A stretch of 61,400 bases of DNA from a virus (IMGVR_UViG_3300009502_000053:1-61400); one strand, 5' to 3'. Shown: positions 37,304 to 48,581, counted from the stretch's first letter. Notes: generated from the sequence alone by a model not told the origin. Numbers and translations: made by a program.

Positions 37304-37698
37304 TAACAACATTTAAATTATTCGAAGATTCATATTTCCATTCAATTGAGACAATTGATGAAATATTAGATAAAATTACAGATTATGGCTACGAGAATTT
37401 AGATGAGTCAGATTTAGCAATTCTTATGAATTATTCTAAAGATGATGAAGATATTCATGAGATATTACTTACTATGAATGAGATGACTAAAAAATTCTTA
37501 AAATTGAATGATCAATTAAAAATTATAACCAAAGGTGACGAGGCTCAATTAGAAAAAGCTAAGAAAGAATGGTTTGAATTACATTCTAAGATGGCTGAAT
37601 ATGAAAATAAACTGAGATATTTATATAAAATTGAAGATGTTAAAGATATTTGGAATTATCAAAAACAACATAATATAATGCCAAAAAATGATTATTAA
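37300..37698 (+). CDS. Tagged helical protein (MITTFKLFED)
   Basis: IDEILDKITDYGYENL motif. Confidence 0.75.
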   Translation: MITTFKLFEDSYFHSIETIDEILDKITDYGYENLDESDLAILMNYSKDDEDIHEILLTMNEMTKKFLKLNDQLKIITKGDEAQLEKAKKEWFELHSKMAEYENKLRYLYKIEDVKDIWNYQKQHNIMPKNDY

Positions 37699-38074
37699 TT
37701 TTAAAATATTTGAGGAATATGGTGAGATTAAAGAAAAATCTAAAGTATTTTGGGTTGTTGATCATGATGAAAATTTTGAAGTTAGCTTATTTAAGATTGG
37801 TATGTCAATTGCAACCATTGAAAAATTTAAAGCTCATTTAATAAAAAATATGGATGATGGAGCTAAACATTATTATTTTGGATATGATCCAGAAGTAAAA
37901 AAAGAAGGTATTGTTCAAAGAGTGTGGTCTTATGATGATTATAATTATGTATCAGGCGCAAATTCATTTGTAGATAGTTTTTATAAATATATGGGGCATG
38001 TTGAAGTTGATGATAATGATAAATGGATGTATGAGATTAGCAAAAAAGGATATGTAACTAAATATAATTTATGA
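37688..38074 (+). CDS. Tagged protein (MIINFKIFEE...KYNL)
   Basis: Tags; resembles 39047 and 52274 (FW...SL.KIG...WS). Confidence 0.75.
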   Translation: MIINFKIFEEYGEIKEKSKVFWVVDHDENFEVSLFKIGMSIATIEKFKAHLIKNMDDGAKHYYFGYDPEVKKEGIVQRVWSYDDYNYVSGANSFVDSFYKYMGHVEVDDNDKWMYEISKKGYVTKYNL

Positions 38075-38367
38075 TAACTAATTTTAAAGTATTTGAATCT
38101 TATGTCGAGAAATTTAAACTTGGTGATAGAGTTTATTATTGCCCGCTTGGAGAACTTGGACCTAATGGTGCTTATATAGTTGTTGGAACTAAAAAACCAA
38201 GAAGAAAAATTGAATCACAACAAATTATGGCAAAAAATGAAAAAACAGAACTTTATAAAAATAAATATTTTGATCAAGATACTGGATTTAATAAAGAAGA
38301 TAATTGGATAGAATCATATAAATTTATATCTGAAGATGAATATAATACAATGAAATATAATATATGA
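38071..38367 (+). CDS. Tagged protein (MITNFKVFES...KYNI), KLGDRV beta domain
   Basis: Tags. Confidence 0.75.
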   Translation: MITNFKVFESYVEKFKLGDRVYYCPLGELGPNGAYIVVGTKKPRRKIESQQIMAKNEKTELYKNKYFDQDTGFNKEDNWIESYKFISEDEYNTMKYNI

Positions 38368-39050
38368 AATACATTAAAACATATGAAAAATTAGAACTAT
38401 CTGGAAAGCATTCATTTTTTATGTTTTTACAGATAATATCTAATCATGATTATCATTTCATATTAAATGATCATTATACTAAATTATATAGCTATCATTT
38501 CTTCTTTTCAACTGAAACTATTGAAAAAGTTGATGAATATATTGAAATATTTAAGTTTAAACATTCATTAGCATCATCATATGAAATCTTGAAAAAAATA
38601 AAATCAAATAAATTGGCATTCTTTTTCGGTATAAAAGAGAATTCTCTTTTAAGATATGGTTTTTTAGATTTAGACACTCAAAGAAGTTATGTTGTTGGTG
38701 AATTTAATATAACTAACGGATATTTTAGAGAAATTTCAAAATATAAAGCACTTCAGTCTGTAAATAAGATTATTCAAAACTTAAATGTTAAAAGTTTATC
38801 AATATTAGCAAAAGTTAAACAAGATTTTTCTAAATTCTATTCATCAAAAAAGAGTTTGAAAATTAGAATTGATGATAATAAAGTTATTAATTACTTCAGT
38901 AGAGACCAATTCACTGATGATGATATTAATATGAATAGATTATATAGAACATTAGACCAATGGATATCCAAAAAATCCTGGAGAAATAATGTTGAGTTTA
39001 GTGTTGATGACACTGGAGATCCAGTACAATTTATAATAATTGTAAAATGA
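38364..39050 (+). CDS. Tagged protein (MKYIKTYEK)
   Basis: N-terminal tag, ATGA overlaps. Confidence 0.8.
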   Translation: MKYIKTYEKLELSGKHSFFMFLQIISNHDYHFILNDHYTKLYSYHFFFSTETIEKVDEYIEIFKFKHSLASSYEILKKIKSNKLAFFFGIKENSLLRYGFLDLDTQRSYVVGEFNITNGYFREISKYKALQSVNKIIQNLNVKSLSILAKVKQDFSKFYSSKKSLKIRIDDNKVINYFSRDQFTDDDINMNRLYRTLDQWISKKSWRNNVEFSVDDTGDPVQFIIIVK

Positions 39051-39376
39051 AATATCTAAAAACATTTGAAGAAAATAAAAGAGAAATTGGTAAATTTTAT
39101 TGGGCACTTAAAAATGATCCAAAAAAATTTAAAAAACAACTTAAAAAAATAGGCTGTCCTGAAATAACAGTTAAAAAATATACAAATAAACTATATTTAT
39201 TTGATGAAGATACATTATTTGTTGGTGTAGAATCTACTATTGATTATAATAATTGGTCTATGAGCAGTAGAGGATTAAATTTTACTGGATATGAATATAA
39301 AGGTCCAATTATTTTATCAAGAGATGAATTAGATGAAATAGAAGCAGAAGAAAAATCAATGAAATATAATTTATAA
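39047..39376 (+). CDS. Tagged protein (MKYLKTFEE...KYNL)
   Basis: Tags. Confidence 0.8.
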   Translation: MKYLKTFEENKREIGKFYWALKNDPKKFKKQLKKIGCPEITVKKYTNKLYLFDEDTLFVGVESTIDYNNWSMSSRGLNFTGYEYKGPIILSRDELDEIEAEEKSMKYNL

Positions 39377-39383
39377 ATATAAT

Positions 39384-39420
39384 ATAATCATGATCTTGCA
39401 TGATTATTTGTTTGCTTTTG
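39384..39420 (+). terminator. Possible terminator
   Basis: ATAATCATG-ATCTTG-CATGATTAT followed by T-rich tract. Confidence 0.45.
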
Positions 39421-39464
39421 AGAAGTAATTTTTTTATATATAATAAAAAAATTAAATCATTACC

Positions 39465-42400
39465 ATGATAAACCAAAAGAATACCTTTGTCTCATTAGCA
39501 GAACAATTAGCACTCTTAAATAAGAATTCAATTGAAGTTATGACTAAACTAAATGACGTCGTAACTAGTAGAAATTCAGTTGTTAATGTTAGTTTGATGA
39601 ACAGTGATGGAACATCATCTACTTACCAATTTCCAACAGTAGGTCAGTTAAAAAATGAATTGGATATAGCCAATAGAAATATAAGAAAATTGGCTGGTCT
39701 TGCTGATTCAACAGCTTATGTATCAGATGGTACAACTATGAGAAGAGTTTATGTTGACGACTTAAATCGTGAACCAGAACCAATTGAAAACCTAAATACA
39801 GTATCAAAATTCGTATCAATTAATAATTCATTCTTTGAATCTCTTTCTAACCCTATGCTGGCTATTGAATTAGATTTGACTGATAAAATAGATAGAAAGG
39901 TAAATAAAGTATTATCTAGAAGATATATCATTGAATTTCAAAAAGATTCATCTGGGAATTATACAACAGATGGTTTAACATCTAAAAAAGATTTTGAGAC
40001 AAGATTCTTAAATAAGAATAATATTTCTATTGATGATTTAACAGTTTGGTATAATAATCCAAAAAATTATGGAGTGGTATATTATAATCAACCATATGAT
40101 GAGCAACAATTTGATTTAGATTATGAACAATTAAAATATTATGGTACTTTTGATGTTGTTGGTATTGATAATGATACAATTAATAAAAAATTATGGTATG
40201 TTTTAGGATCTATAACATATTATGATTATTCTGGTAATACAAATACATTATCAATTGGCGATGAATTAATTATTAATAAGAAAGATTCTTCAACAAAATG
40301 GATCATTAAAGAAGTTAGTACTGCCAAATCAAACTTTAGAGTTATTTTAGAAAGAACAGAAGGGTTAGAGCCTGTTCCAGTTATTTTACAAGCATTAAAA
40401 TTTTATAGTCCAACTTTATCTGACAAATCAATTAAAGTCACAATTGGATATGATGAATATAATGTGATTTTTATTAAACCAATTAATACTGATGCTGGAA
40501 TTGTTGCCTCTACTTGGTCATATGGTACTTGTTTTTATAGTAATGATTTAGTATTAGATACAAATGATACAGTCTCAATGACTAAATATTATGCAGAATC
40601 TGTGTATGATTATGGTGCAATATTAAAGGATATGATTGTTAAAAATATTCCTAGTAAATATGGATCAATTCCAAATGTTCCAGTTTTAGATAGTAGTAAC
40701 TTTAAAGTTGTTCAAATTAATAAACATTTGACAGATAGTGCAAATTCAACTAAACTTAAAGAGTTACAATCACAAAAAACATCAGTACAATCTCAGTTGA
40801 GTCAATTGAATGATGCTATTGCTCAAAAAACTAAGGAAGTTAGTACTAAGCAATATAAATCGGTTTCTGATAAACAAGCAGCACAAAATCAATTGAATTC
40901 TTTAATTGATCAACAGAGTTCTCAAACCAAATTATATACATCTATTGTAAATAGAATTAGTGCTGAAAACACTGGAATAGTTTCAACTGAAACACCAAAA
41001 TTTAGAATTCGTGGATTTTGGAGTTTTCCAGCGCCTATTGTCACAAACACTTCAGGACAGCAGCAAAAACAAGAAGTGATACAATTTAAGATTCAATATA
41101 GATATAGTGCTAAAGGCGGATCAGAACCAACCACAGAAGGTTTTAATCTTAATATGACTCAGACATTTTATACAAATGCTCCGACAACTGGTGATATCAC
41201 AGATCAAACTAAAGCATATACTAATCCTAGTGTTTCAACACAAAATTCAACTGTGACTGGTTATTTTTCTAATTGGATTCCAATAACAAGTGATGTTAGA
41301 CAGAGAATTTATAATAGTGCATTGGATGCTTGGAGTTGGGTATCAGAAGATGTCACTGATGCAAATGCACCAAATATAAATCAATTGGATATTTCAATAC
41401 AACAAAATGAAAAAGTTGATATTAGAGTTAAATCTGTTTCCGAAGTAGGTTGGCCAAATGCTCCGATTGAATCTGATTGGAGTCAAATAATGACAATTGA
41501 ATTTCCAGATGATTTATCACAAATAACTGATAGTTCTGCTATTTTACAAAATGCTCAAACTGAGCAAATTTCAACCCAATTGTTGAGTAATTTTAATTCA
41601 ATGGGTTTGACAACACACTTACAGCAATCATATAATGTTAATGACTTATATGTCGCTCATCAAGATGTAAATTTAGGTACATCTTACAAAGATGCTAATG
41701 GTAATGTTATAATGTTGAATGCATATTTGAAAATATTAACAGATAAAATATCAGCACTTGAACAAACTATATTACGTGCTAAAGGTGAACTTGTTGTTAA
41801 ATTACTTAGAAATTCTAATGAAATTTTAATAGATAATGGAGCATCAGTTAGTGTAGCAATTCGTTGTGAAGAATATGCAACATTATATGGTGGTACATCA
41901 AGAAAATACTATAATAATATTTATTCTATTGATGATTATTATTTGCAATTCGAAAACGCATCTACAAGTAATCAATTAGGATTACTTTCATATAGAAAAT
42001 ATATTCCTAGTGTTGCTGGTGATAATAGATTTTATAATACAGCAGTTGCTAACGGATCTTTAGCTACATATGTTGATTCACTTGATAAATTAAATCAGCA
42101 AGTAGATAATCAATTTATCTGGATATCTGATTCTTCTGGTACTAATCCTATTTATAATTCAGGTTTAACTAATGATGCTAATGGAAAAGGACAAGTTCTT
42201 TATTCACAAAATTGGAACCTTGGAATATCAAATACCTCAACACCATTTAGTATTTTTGATTCAGTTACTTGGAGCGGAATTACTATACCTAATCCTACTG
42301 ATTATGAAACTGATTTCCCAGTTACTGTTCACCCTTATATTGAAAATATCAATAATTATATTTATTCAGATAAGGGTGGAGTAAAACTTATAAATGCAGG

Positions 42401-42638
42401 TACAAAATTCACTTTACCAATTAAAATATTCTTTAAATTGACTAGTGGATCAACTGATACTATAGAATTTCCATCAAATATGTCAACATCACCTTCTGTG
42501 AATAGAAAATTAAGGATATTCTTAGAACAAGAAAGTGCCAGTAGACCATTTGAGTTTGAAGTTAGCTTCCAAATATTTAGAAATAAGACATATACAACAA
42601 GAACACTTAATAGTCCAGACACTTCAACAATGCTTTAA
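39465..42638 (+). CDS. Large virion structural protein (baseplate/tail-like)
   Basis: 1057 aa, S/T/N-rich beta segments, central coiled coil, FN3-like RVKSVSEVGWP..ESDWS. Confidence 0.55.
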   Translation: MINQKNTFVSLAEQLALLNKNSIEVMTKLNDVVTSRNSVVNVSLMNSDGTSSTYQFPTVGQLKNELDIANRNIRKLAGLADSTAYVSDGTTMRRVYVDDLNREPEPIENLNTVSKFVSINNSFFESLSNPMLAIELDLTDKIDRKVNKVLSRRYIIEFQKDSSGNYTTDGLTSKKDFETRFLNKNNISIDDLTVWYNNPKNYGVVYYNQPYDEQQFDLDYEQLKYYGTFDVVGIDNDTINKKLWYVLGSITYYDYSGNTNTLSIGDELIINKKDSSTKWIIKEVSTAKSNFRVILERTEGLEPVPVILQALKFYSPTLSDKSIKVTIGYDEYNVIFIKPINTDAGIVASTWSYGTCFYSNDLVLDTNDTVSMTKYYAESVYDYGAILKDMIVKNIPSKYGSIPNVPVLDSSNFKVVQINKHLTDSANSTKLKELQSQKTSVQSQLSQLNDAIAQKTKEVSTKQYKSVSDKQAAQNQLNSLIDQQSSQTKLYTSIVNRISAENTGIVSTETPKFRIRGFWSFPAPIVTNTSGQQQKQEVIQFKIQYRYSAKGGSEPTTEGFNLNMTQTFYTNAPTTGDITDQTKAYTNPSVSTQNSTVTGYFSNWIPITSDVRQRIYNSALDAWSWVSEDVTDANAPNINQLDISIQQNEKVDIRVKSVSEVGWPNAPIESDWSQIMTIEFPDDLSQITDSSAILQNAQTEQISTQLLSNFNSMGLTTHLQQSYNVNDLYVAHQDVNLGTSYKDANGNVIMLNAYLKILTDKISALEQTILRAKGELVVKLLRNSNEILIDNGASVSVAIRCEEYATLYGGTSRKYYNNIYSIDDYYLQFENASTSNQLGLLSYRKYIPSVAGDNRFYNTAVANGSLATYVDSLDKLNQQVDNQFIWISDSSGTNPIYNSGLTNDANGKGQVLYSQNWNLGISNTSTPFSIFDSVTWSGITIPNPTDYETDFPVTVHPYIENINNYIYSDKGGVKLINAGTKFTLPIKIFFKLTSGSTDTIEFPSNMSTSPSVNRKLRIFLEQESASRPFEFEVSFQIFRNKTYTTRTLNSPDTSTML

Positions 42639-42653
42639 AAATAACAACTATTG

Positions 42654-45600
42654 ATGATTAATAAAAGCTTTCAATTATTAAGAACAAATCCAGCACTGAC
42701 AACTAATGTTAAGTTAGTTGTCACTTCTGATTATAACCTATATTTAGAATCATTTGATACAAATAAACAACTATCAGATCAAAAATTTAAACACTTCTTA
42801 TTAAATAAGAATAATTTACTTGAAGATCAGATAATTAGATTCTATGATGGATTGTCATCACAAATTGCATTTGATGTTAAATATGATAGTGATAATGACA
42901 CCACATTCTCTAAATATAGCCAACAATTTGATGATATCTATTGGTCTGGTGCTAAAGCTGTTGAAGATAATTGGTACAATGAAGATTATGAATATTTTGC
43001 ACCATTGTTTATAAGAAAAGATAATTTACCTGAAGGATTTATTGTTTTAAGAGTTGATGAGCCTACACCATACGAAGAACAAGATAATGATTATAGTGTT
43101 AGTAAATTAAATAAGGATAATTTTTATAGTCAGGTAGTAGATAAATGGAAATGCGTTAGTTTTACTGATATGAGATATCAAAGTGATATTGGATATTTTT
43201 TATCTAACAATTATACAACTAATTCTAGATTTCCAGAAAAATCATTTGAACTAAATTTCAAACAATATGAATATTCTAAATTTTATGGAATAGATTATAT
43301 TAATGGAGTATATACATCAAAATCTAATTTTTTACAGAATTTATTATATTATGAACAACCACATTTTAAATTAGAAAAAGAAATATTGAATTCATTTAGA
43401 AGTAATGACTTGATATTCCCACATATATTAAATATGAAATTCTTATTTAATGATGTACCAGCAACACCAGATAATATCAAAAATTATTCTCTAAATAGAT
43501 ATTACGGATTTTATGTTGATAAACTAGAATTTATTACAAATTTGACATCTTATGTAACACCTGAATTGAAACAAGGATTAAAATTGAAGAATAATATTTT
43601 CATGAGTGGATCAACAAAACTTACAGAATCTCCATTCGTTGAAGGATTTTATTCAGATAAAACATATTGGATTCAATATAATAATGAATTTTATCAAGTT
43701 ACTAAAGTTTCAAATAGTTCTAACTATCAAGTAATTAGTACATTTGATATGAGTGCAGTTACGTTTAGTAGTGTTAATGATCGATCATGTTTTATTAATT
43801 ATATTCACGATAGTTATGATTACAATTGTAGTAAAATTCAGAATCCTTCAGGTTATACTAATTTCATATCTGGATACACATCAAATTTCAATATAGATCC
43901 ATATTATGAGAATGACCAGTTAAAAACTATGTTTGGTGATCTTTATATAATTGATATAGATGGTGTCCATCATATATTAAAGAAAAGAGGTACTGATTAT
44001 TTTGTACAAAGTGATTATGCTATAAATTCTTATCCAGATAAGTTAGAATATTGGAAAGGTGGTCAAAATAGTAAATATTATAAGGTTAAACCTATATATT
44101 CATATGGAAATAAGCCTATTGTTTATCCAGTATATAGATTGAGATTTAGTGATATTAAAGATTTTGATTTTAATAGGGTTAATACTGGCTTTGCTGATTT
44201 TGATTATGAGAAAGATACATATCATGTAACTAATGAACATAAATTGTATGCTGTTGATTATTCTAATGTTTCAGTATTGAATAAGAGTTTTATGGTTCAT
44301 CCAAGAGGTGAAGATGGACAATATCAAATTATGAATATATCATCAGAATATGTTGCTGATGATGAGTTATATGAAATTTCTTTTAATAATTTAACAGATA
44401 TTTGGAGAAAAAATCAATCTGTTGTTAAGTGGGGTTATGCTGGCTCAAATTCTAATTGTGATTATCCATATAAATTAAATAATTCAATAGATGTTGGTGA
44501 TATTTTTAACAGTGCTTGTGATACTAAGAGTAATGTTCCACACGAAACGGAAAAAAACTTAGATTACTTTTATAGAATAGGTAATTTTATAGATGATAGT
44601 AGAAATACTGTCAGATACTTAAATCAAACTACAAATATAGAAACAGATTTTTTAATTGATAATAAATTCAATTTAAGTACATATCTAAAATCTGATGTTG
44701 ATTATTTTGATTATTTCTTCAAAAATAAACAATTTTTCAGAATAGATGATTTAGATTACACTGGGTCAACTTTGAAGTATTCAACATTTCAAGATGGCGA
44801 TAAGTATTCATCATCCTATACTTTGTTCAAAGGATTACATCTTAGTGCCGTTAATGTGAGTAATATTTCTAGAGATGCGTCTGGAAAAATTGTAAGTATT
44901 ATTACAGATTATGGTAAAAATTATAACAATTATAAATTTGCTATTATTTTAAATGATGTTTATGATTATTATAGTGGAATTACTCATATTGGTTTGACTG
45001 AGAATGGATTAACTGGAAATACTATAATAGATAGCGGAACTACAGGTATTCATGTTTTCTTAAATGATAAATTTAAGAACATCTTAATTGTTATTAATGT
45101 TAGAATACCAATACAACAAGAATGGATAAACTTAAATAATGTTCCTGTTTTTGGTGAAAAATATGGACTTTATAATTCAAAAACACTTAATGGTATTAAT
45201 TTGGTGTCTGGTGTAACTGTAACATATGAATATGACCCAGCATTAATAACAGCAGCTAACTTCAATGATGCATTTGATGATATGAATACTCTATCAGAAT
45301 TTGAATCTGGTATAACCTATTATTATATTGATTCTAATGGTGTGTCAGGTTCAACTGGTCCGATAAATATATTTAACTCTGGTTGTACTATGAAAAATAC
45401 AAGTTGGGGTAAAGCAGATCCTCCATTTGTTTTAACTGTGGATGATCCAGAACTATTAGAAACAAAGAAACAATCATATTCAAAAGGTGCTCTAAAAGGA
45501 CCTTCAAGCAACATCTATGGTGAATATGAAATTTATTATGATGCAGATCAAAAACAAAAATATACAGTTGTTGAACCATTAGCAAGATATATGAATTTGA

Positions 45601-46061
45601 ATATTCAAGAGAATAATATGAATACTGTTTATGCTTCAAATAAAGTAGCAACTAACAATATAATATACAGATATAATGGTAGTTATGAACCAATATTTAC
45701 AGATATACCAATATTTAATAATACTTATATATATTCTGGTAATACTAAGCAATGGGACTCAAATTATAAATTTGATACATCAGTTGAGAATTTTGGTATG
45801 ATAGAAGAATTGGTTTATTCAAAAGTAAATCCAAGTATATCACCTCTTAAGTTGAAAGATACAGATAAAGATAAATCAATTTATCCAATGGTTGATGAAT
45901 ATGGCTATCAATATGGATCAAGATTTATTTTCAATTCATCTTGGGATAAAGATTTCTATATCATAACAAATTCAGATCAAAATATAAATAAGATGGCATT
46001 TTCAAATCTTAATCAAGTTGATTATATCATTGATCCAATACAAACAAAAAATCCAAGTTAA
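42654..46061 (+). CDS. Large virion structural protein (baseplate-like)
   Basis: ~1135 aa, Y/N/D-rich, co-transcribed with previous gene. Confidence 0.55.
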   Translation: MINKSFQLLRTNPALTTNVKLVVTSDYNLYLESFDTNKQLSDQKFKHFLLNKNNLLEDQIIRFYDGLSSQIAFDVKYDSDNDTTFSKYSQQFDDIYWSGAKAVEDNWYNEDYEYFAPLFIRKDNLPEGFIVLRVDEPTPYEEQDNDYSVSKLNKDNFYSQVVDKWKCVSFTDMRYQSDIGYFLSNNYTTNSRFPEKSFELNFKQYEYSKFYGIDYINGVYTSKSNFLQNLLYYEQPHFKLEKEILNSFRSNDLIFPHILNMKFLFNDVPATPDNIKNYSLNRYYGFYVDKLEFITNLTSYVTPELKQGLKLKNNIFMSGSTKLTESPFVEGFYSDKTYWIQYNNEFYQVTKVSNSSNYQVISTFDMSAVTFSSVNDRSCFINYIHDSYDYNCSKIQNPSGYTNFISGYTSNFNIDPYYENDQLKTMFGDLYIIDIDGVHHILKKRGTDYFVQSDYAINSYPDKLEYWKGGQNSKYYKVKPIYSYGNKPIVYPVYRLRFSDIKDFDFNRVNTGFADFDYEKDTYHVTNEHKLYAVDYSNVSVLNKSFMVHPRGEDGQYQIMNISSEYVADDELYEISFNNLTDIWRKNQSVVKWGYAGSNSNCDYPYKLNNSIDVGDIFNSACDTKSNVPHETEKNLDYFYRIGNFIDDSRNTVRYLNQTTNIETDFLIDNKFNLSTYLKSDVDYFDYFFKNKQFFRIDDLDYTGSTLKYSTFQDGDKYSSSYTLFKGLHLSAVNVSNISRDASGKIVSIITDYGKNYNNYKFAIILNDVYDYYSGITHIGLTENGLTGNTIIDSGTTGIHVFLNDKFKNILIVINVRIPIQQEWINLNNVPVFGEKYGLYNSKTLNGINLVSGVTVTYEYDPALITAANFNDAFDDMNTLSEFESGITYYYIDSNGVSGSTGPINIFNSGCTMKNTSWGKADPPFVLTVDDPELLETKKQSYSKGALKGPSSNIYGEYEIYYDADQKQKYTVVEPLARYMNLNIQENNMNTVYASNKVATNNIIYRYNGSYEPIFTDIPIFNNTYIYSGNTKQWDSNYKFDTSVENFGMIEELVYSKVNPSISPLKLKDTDKDKSIYPMVDEYGYQYGSRFIFNSSWDKDFYIITNSDQNINKMAFSNLNQVDYIIDPIQTKNPS

Positions 46062-46062
46062 T

Positions 46063-46788
46063 ATGAAGAGTAATTTAATGTTAAAAAAATTTAGTGTAAA
46101 TTCAGTTCCAGGTACAATGAACCAAACTGAGTTGAGAACATTTTTTGGTGGAAAAATTATTTACTCTGAAGATTCTATCAATATCAATGATGATTCTATA
46201 AGTTTTAGCCAAGTTGTTGGAGATTATAATAATGGATATCAATATTATGATAAAGATACAATTCCAGAAATTTGGGAGACTCAGTTCTTTGAGAATTTAA
46301 CAGACTTGAAAGATAACAATCAAAAGATATCTTTATATAATCAAACTGCATCTAATATGACTAATAATACAAGATGGCAAGTAGTTATTAATGGCTCAAA
46401 TATATTAAAGGATTATTTATTTTTCAAAATAAAAGAGCAAAGAGTATTTAAAATTATAAATGCAAACGAAGTTTATTCTAACAATATAAATAATGCAATT
46501 TATGATTATATCACAAATAATATATTTGGTAGATATAAATTAGATAAAATAGACTTTTATGTGAGTTATTATGATATAAAGAAACAAACTGAGTATGATA
46601 ACATTATGTTGCAATATAATCCTAAATTTAATGTTAATGTGTACAAAACTGAAAATATAACAAATAAAAGTGTGATTGATTATAATCCTTATAAGTTTGA
46701 TACAATTACAGTTCAATATAATCAATCAAAACCATCGAACCAATACAGTTTTGATTATTATTTTAACCTTAGTTTCACAAAAATCTAA
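46063..46788 (+). CDS. Putative structural protein
   Basis: ATG 46063 (MKSNLMLKKF) just after previous stop. Confidence 0.6.
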   Translation: MKSNLMLKKFSVNSVPGTMNQTELRTFFGGKIIYSEDSININDDSISFSQVVGDYNNGYQYYDKDTIPEIWETQFFENLTDLKDNNQKISLYNQTASNMTNNTRWQVVINGSNILKDYLFFKIKEQRVFKIINANEVYSNNINNAIYDYITNNIFGRYKLDKIDFYVSYYDIKKQTEYDNIMLQYNPKFNVNVYKTENITNKSVIDYNPYKFDTITVQYNQSKPSNQYSFDYYFNLSFTKI

Positions 46789-46835
46789 ACTAATACACAA
46801 TAATTCAATATATAAATAAAAATAATGGAATAGCT

Positions 46836-47291
46836 ATGCCCGTAAATGAAGAAAATGAATATCGTACAAAAGTTTCTAAGGAAGTATTAGAATCCAGAAA
46901 ACTATGGAGTTCAGTTGTTAAAAATTTGTCTATGAGATTAAAAGGAGACATAAAAGATATTGTTGATGTTCAATCTGAAGCAATTAGCCATCGTCAGAGT
47001 GTTGTGGAAGAAGTTAATATCTACACTGTTAGAATAGCAAAACTATCTAAGAAAATAAAGAACTTACATAAACAAAGATTTGAATTTTATGCAACTTCTT
47101 ATCAAGTTAAAACAAATGGTACTGAAAAGTTGACGCTGATAAATGCTGACTTATCAGAATTTCAAGAATTTGTTGATGAGTTAGATGAGCATGTTAATTT
47201 TTTAAGAGAAACATCTAAGAATTTTGCAGATATGAATTATGGAGTTAAAAATAGAATTGAGTTGGCTAATATACTAGGAGGATTTAAATGA
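46836..47291 (+). CDS. uvsY: UvsY-like recombination mediator
   Basis: Helical 151 aa, RFEFY...INAD...FL.E..K....NYGVKNRIE; near uvsW as in T4. Confidence 0.65.
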   Translation: MPVNEENEYRTKVSKEVLESRKLWSSVVKNLSMRLKGDIKDIVDVQSEAISHRQSVVEEVNIYTVRIAKLSKKIKNLHKQRFEFYATSYQVKTNGTEKLTLINADLSEFQEFVDELDEHVNFLRETSKNFADMNYGVKNRIELANILGGFK

Positions 47292-47608
47292 TACGCTCCA
47301 TTCAAAACCTTTACTCTGTTGATAAATTTATTAGTAAATCTATCTCTGGAACTTCTGGTACTGGCAGTTTTTCAAATGTGTCTAATGATTATATTACTGA
47401 TGAAAAATTGAAAATGTATGGTATAAAAGTTATATATTTAGCTAGTGATGAATATGGTGAAAAGTTATATATTAATCATTTAGATGATAAAGATTATAGT
47501 TATAATGCCACTGGTTTAGATATAAATAATCTTATTAGACAACATATTAATAAATATTGTATAAGAGAAGTTAGAAAAGAAAAATTAAATAGATTAAATG
47601 GAAATTAA
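47288..47608 (+). CDS. Hypothetical protein with C-terminal RxxKLxRL
   Basis: Ends VRKEKLNRLNGN. Confidence 0.7.
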   Translation: MIRSIQNLYSVDKFISKSISGTSGTGSFSNVSNDYITDEKLKMYGIKVIYLASDEYGEKLYINHLDDKDYSYNATGLDINNLIRQHINKYCIREVRKEKLNRLNGN

Positions 47609-47759
47609 AATTGAAAAAATAGAAATAACTGAGATATATACCAGACTTCGTATTACTCATGAAGGTAAAGAACACATATTTGATATATCAAGTAACGTGC
47701 CAGAAGCTGATATTCCCCAAATGGCGGAATATTATATTACTGAGATTTCAAGACAATGA
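47598..47759 (+). CDS. Small hypothetical protein (not in ORF track)
   Basis: MEIKIEKIEITEIYTRLRITHEGKEH...EISRQ, overlaps both neighbours. Confidence 0.65.
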   Translation: MEIKIEKIEITEIYTRLRITHEGKEHIFDISSNVPEADIPQMAEYYITEISRQ

Positions 47760-48007
47760 TGTACGGCAAGAAATATAATAAATATAGATTAGAAGAATTA
47801 GGTATTACTGTTTTAGAAGATGAAGATGATATTTGGAATCCATCATTAATAATTGAAAGTTCTGATGGAAGTTTTATGAGATATAATATTCATAATAATG
47901 TCGTTATTGATGAGTCTTTAGTTGATATTGCTATTGATAGATTTATAGTTCAACTTAGAAGAGAAAAAATACAAAAACTTAATGAGCAATTTAATAGAAC
48001 ATGCTAA
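47756..48007 (+). CDS. Hypothetical protein with C-terminal RxxKIxKL
   Basis: LRREKIQKLNE. Confidence 0.7.
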   Translation: MMYGKKYNKYRLEELGITVLEDEDDIWNPSLIIESSDGSFMRYNIHNNVVIDESLVDIAIDRFIVQLRREKIQKLNEQFNRTC

Positions 48008-48581
48008 AAGAGAATTTTTAAAATTAGGTTATAAACCTATTGAAGAATGTGAAAATGATCCAGATAAATGGATTCAAGAAAATGTATTAGAACTATTAGG
48101 AGTTTTTTCAAAACAAGGTCATTCTGGAAGTTCAGCACCGTACGTAATAAATATGTTCAAGAAATTGGCAAACTTTGATCCAATAGCACCTATAATGTGT
48201 ACTGATGATGAATGGAATAATGTTGGTGACGACACATTTCAAAATAATAGATGTTCAGCAGTTTTTAAAAAAGGAAAGGACGGTAAACCATATTATATAG
48301 ATGCAATAATATGGAGAAATCAAAATGGTTCTGGCTATACTGGTTCATCATTCAATTCAAAAAAAGAAAGAATACTTAGCAGACAATATATAAAAATACC
48401 ATTTCAACCAAAATCTTTTTATATAGATAGAATTGATTATGAAATTGCACCAGATGATTGGGAATCATATATTAAAGATGAATCTCAATTAAAAGAAGTT
48501 TGGGAATATTATGAGCATCAAGAAACCTTATCTTACGTGAGATTAAAAAAATTAAAAGCTATTAATGAAGTTCAAGCTTAA
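47982..48581 (+). CDS. Conserved phage hypothetical protein (QGHSGSS) with C-terminal RxxKL
   Basis: FSKQGHSGSSA..DDEW..QNNRCSAVFK; ends VRLKKLKAINEVQA. Confidence 0.8.
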   Translation: MSNLIEHAKREFLKLGYKPIEECENDPDKWIQENVLELLGVFSKQGHSGSSAPYVINMFKKLANFDPIAPIMCTDDEWNNVGDDTFQNNRCSAVFKKGKDGKPYYIDAIIWRNQNGSGYTGSSFNSKKERILSRQYIKIPFQPKSFYIDRIDYEIAPDDWESYIKDESQLKEVWEYYEHQETLSYVRLKKLKAINEVQA

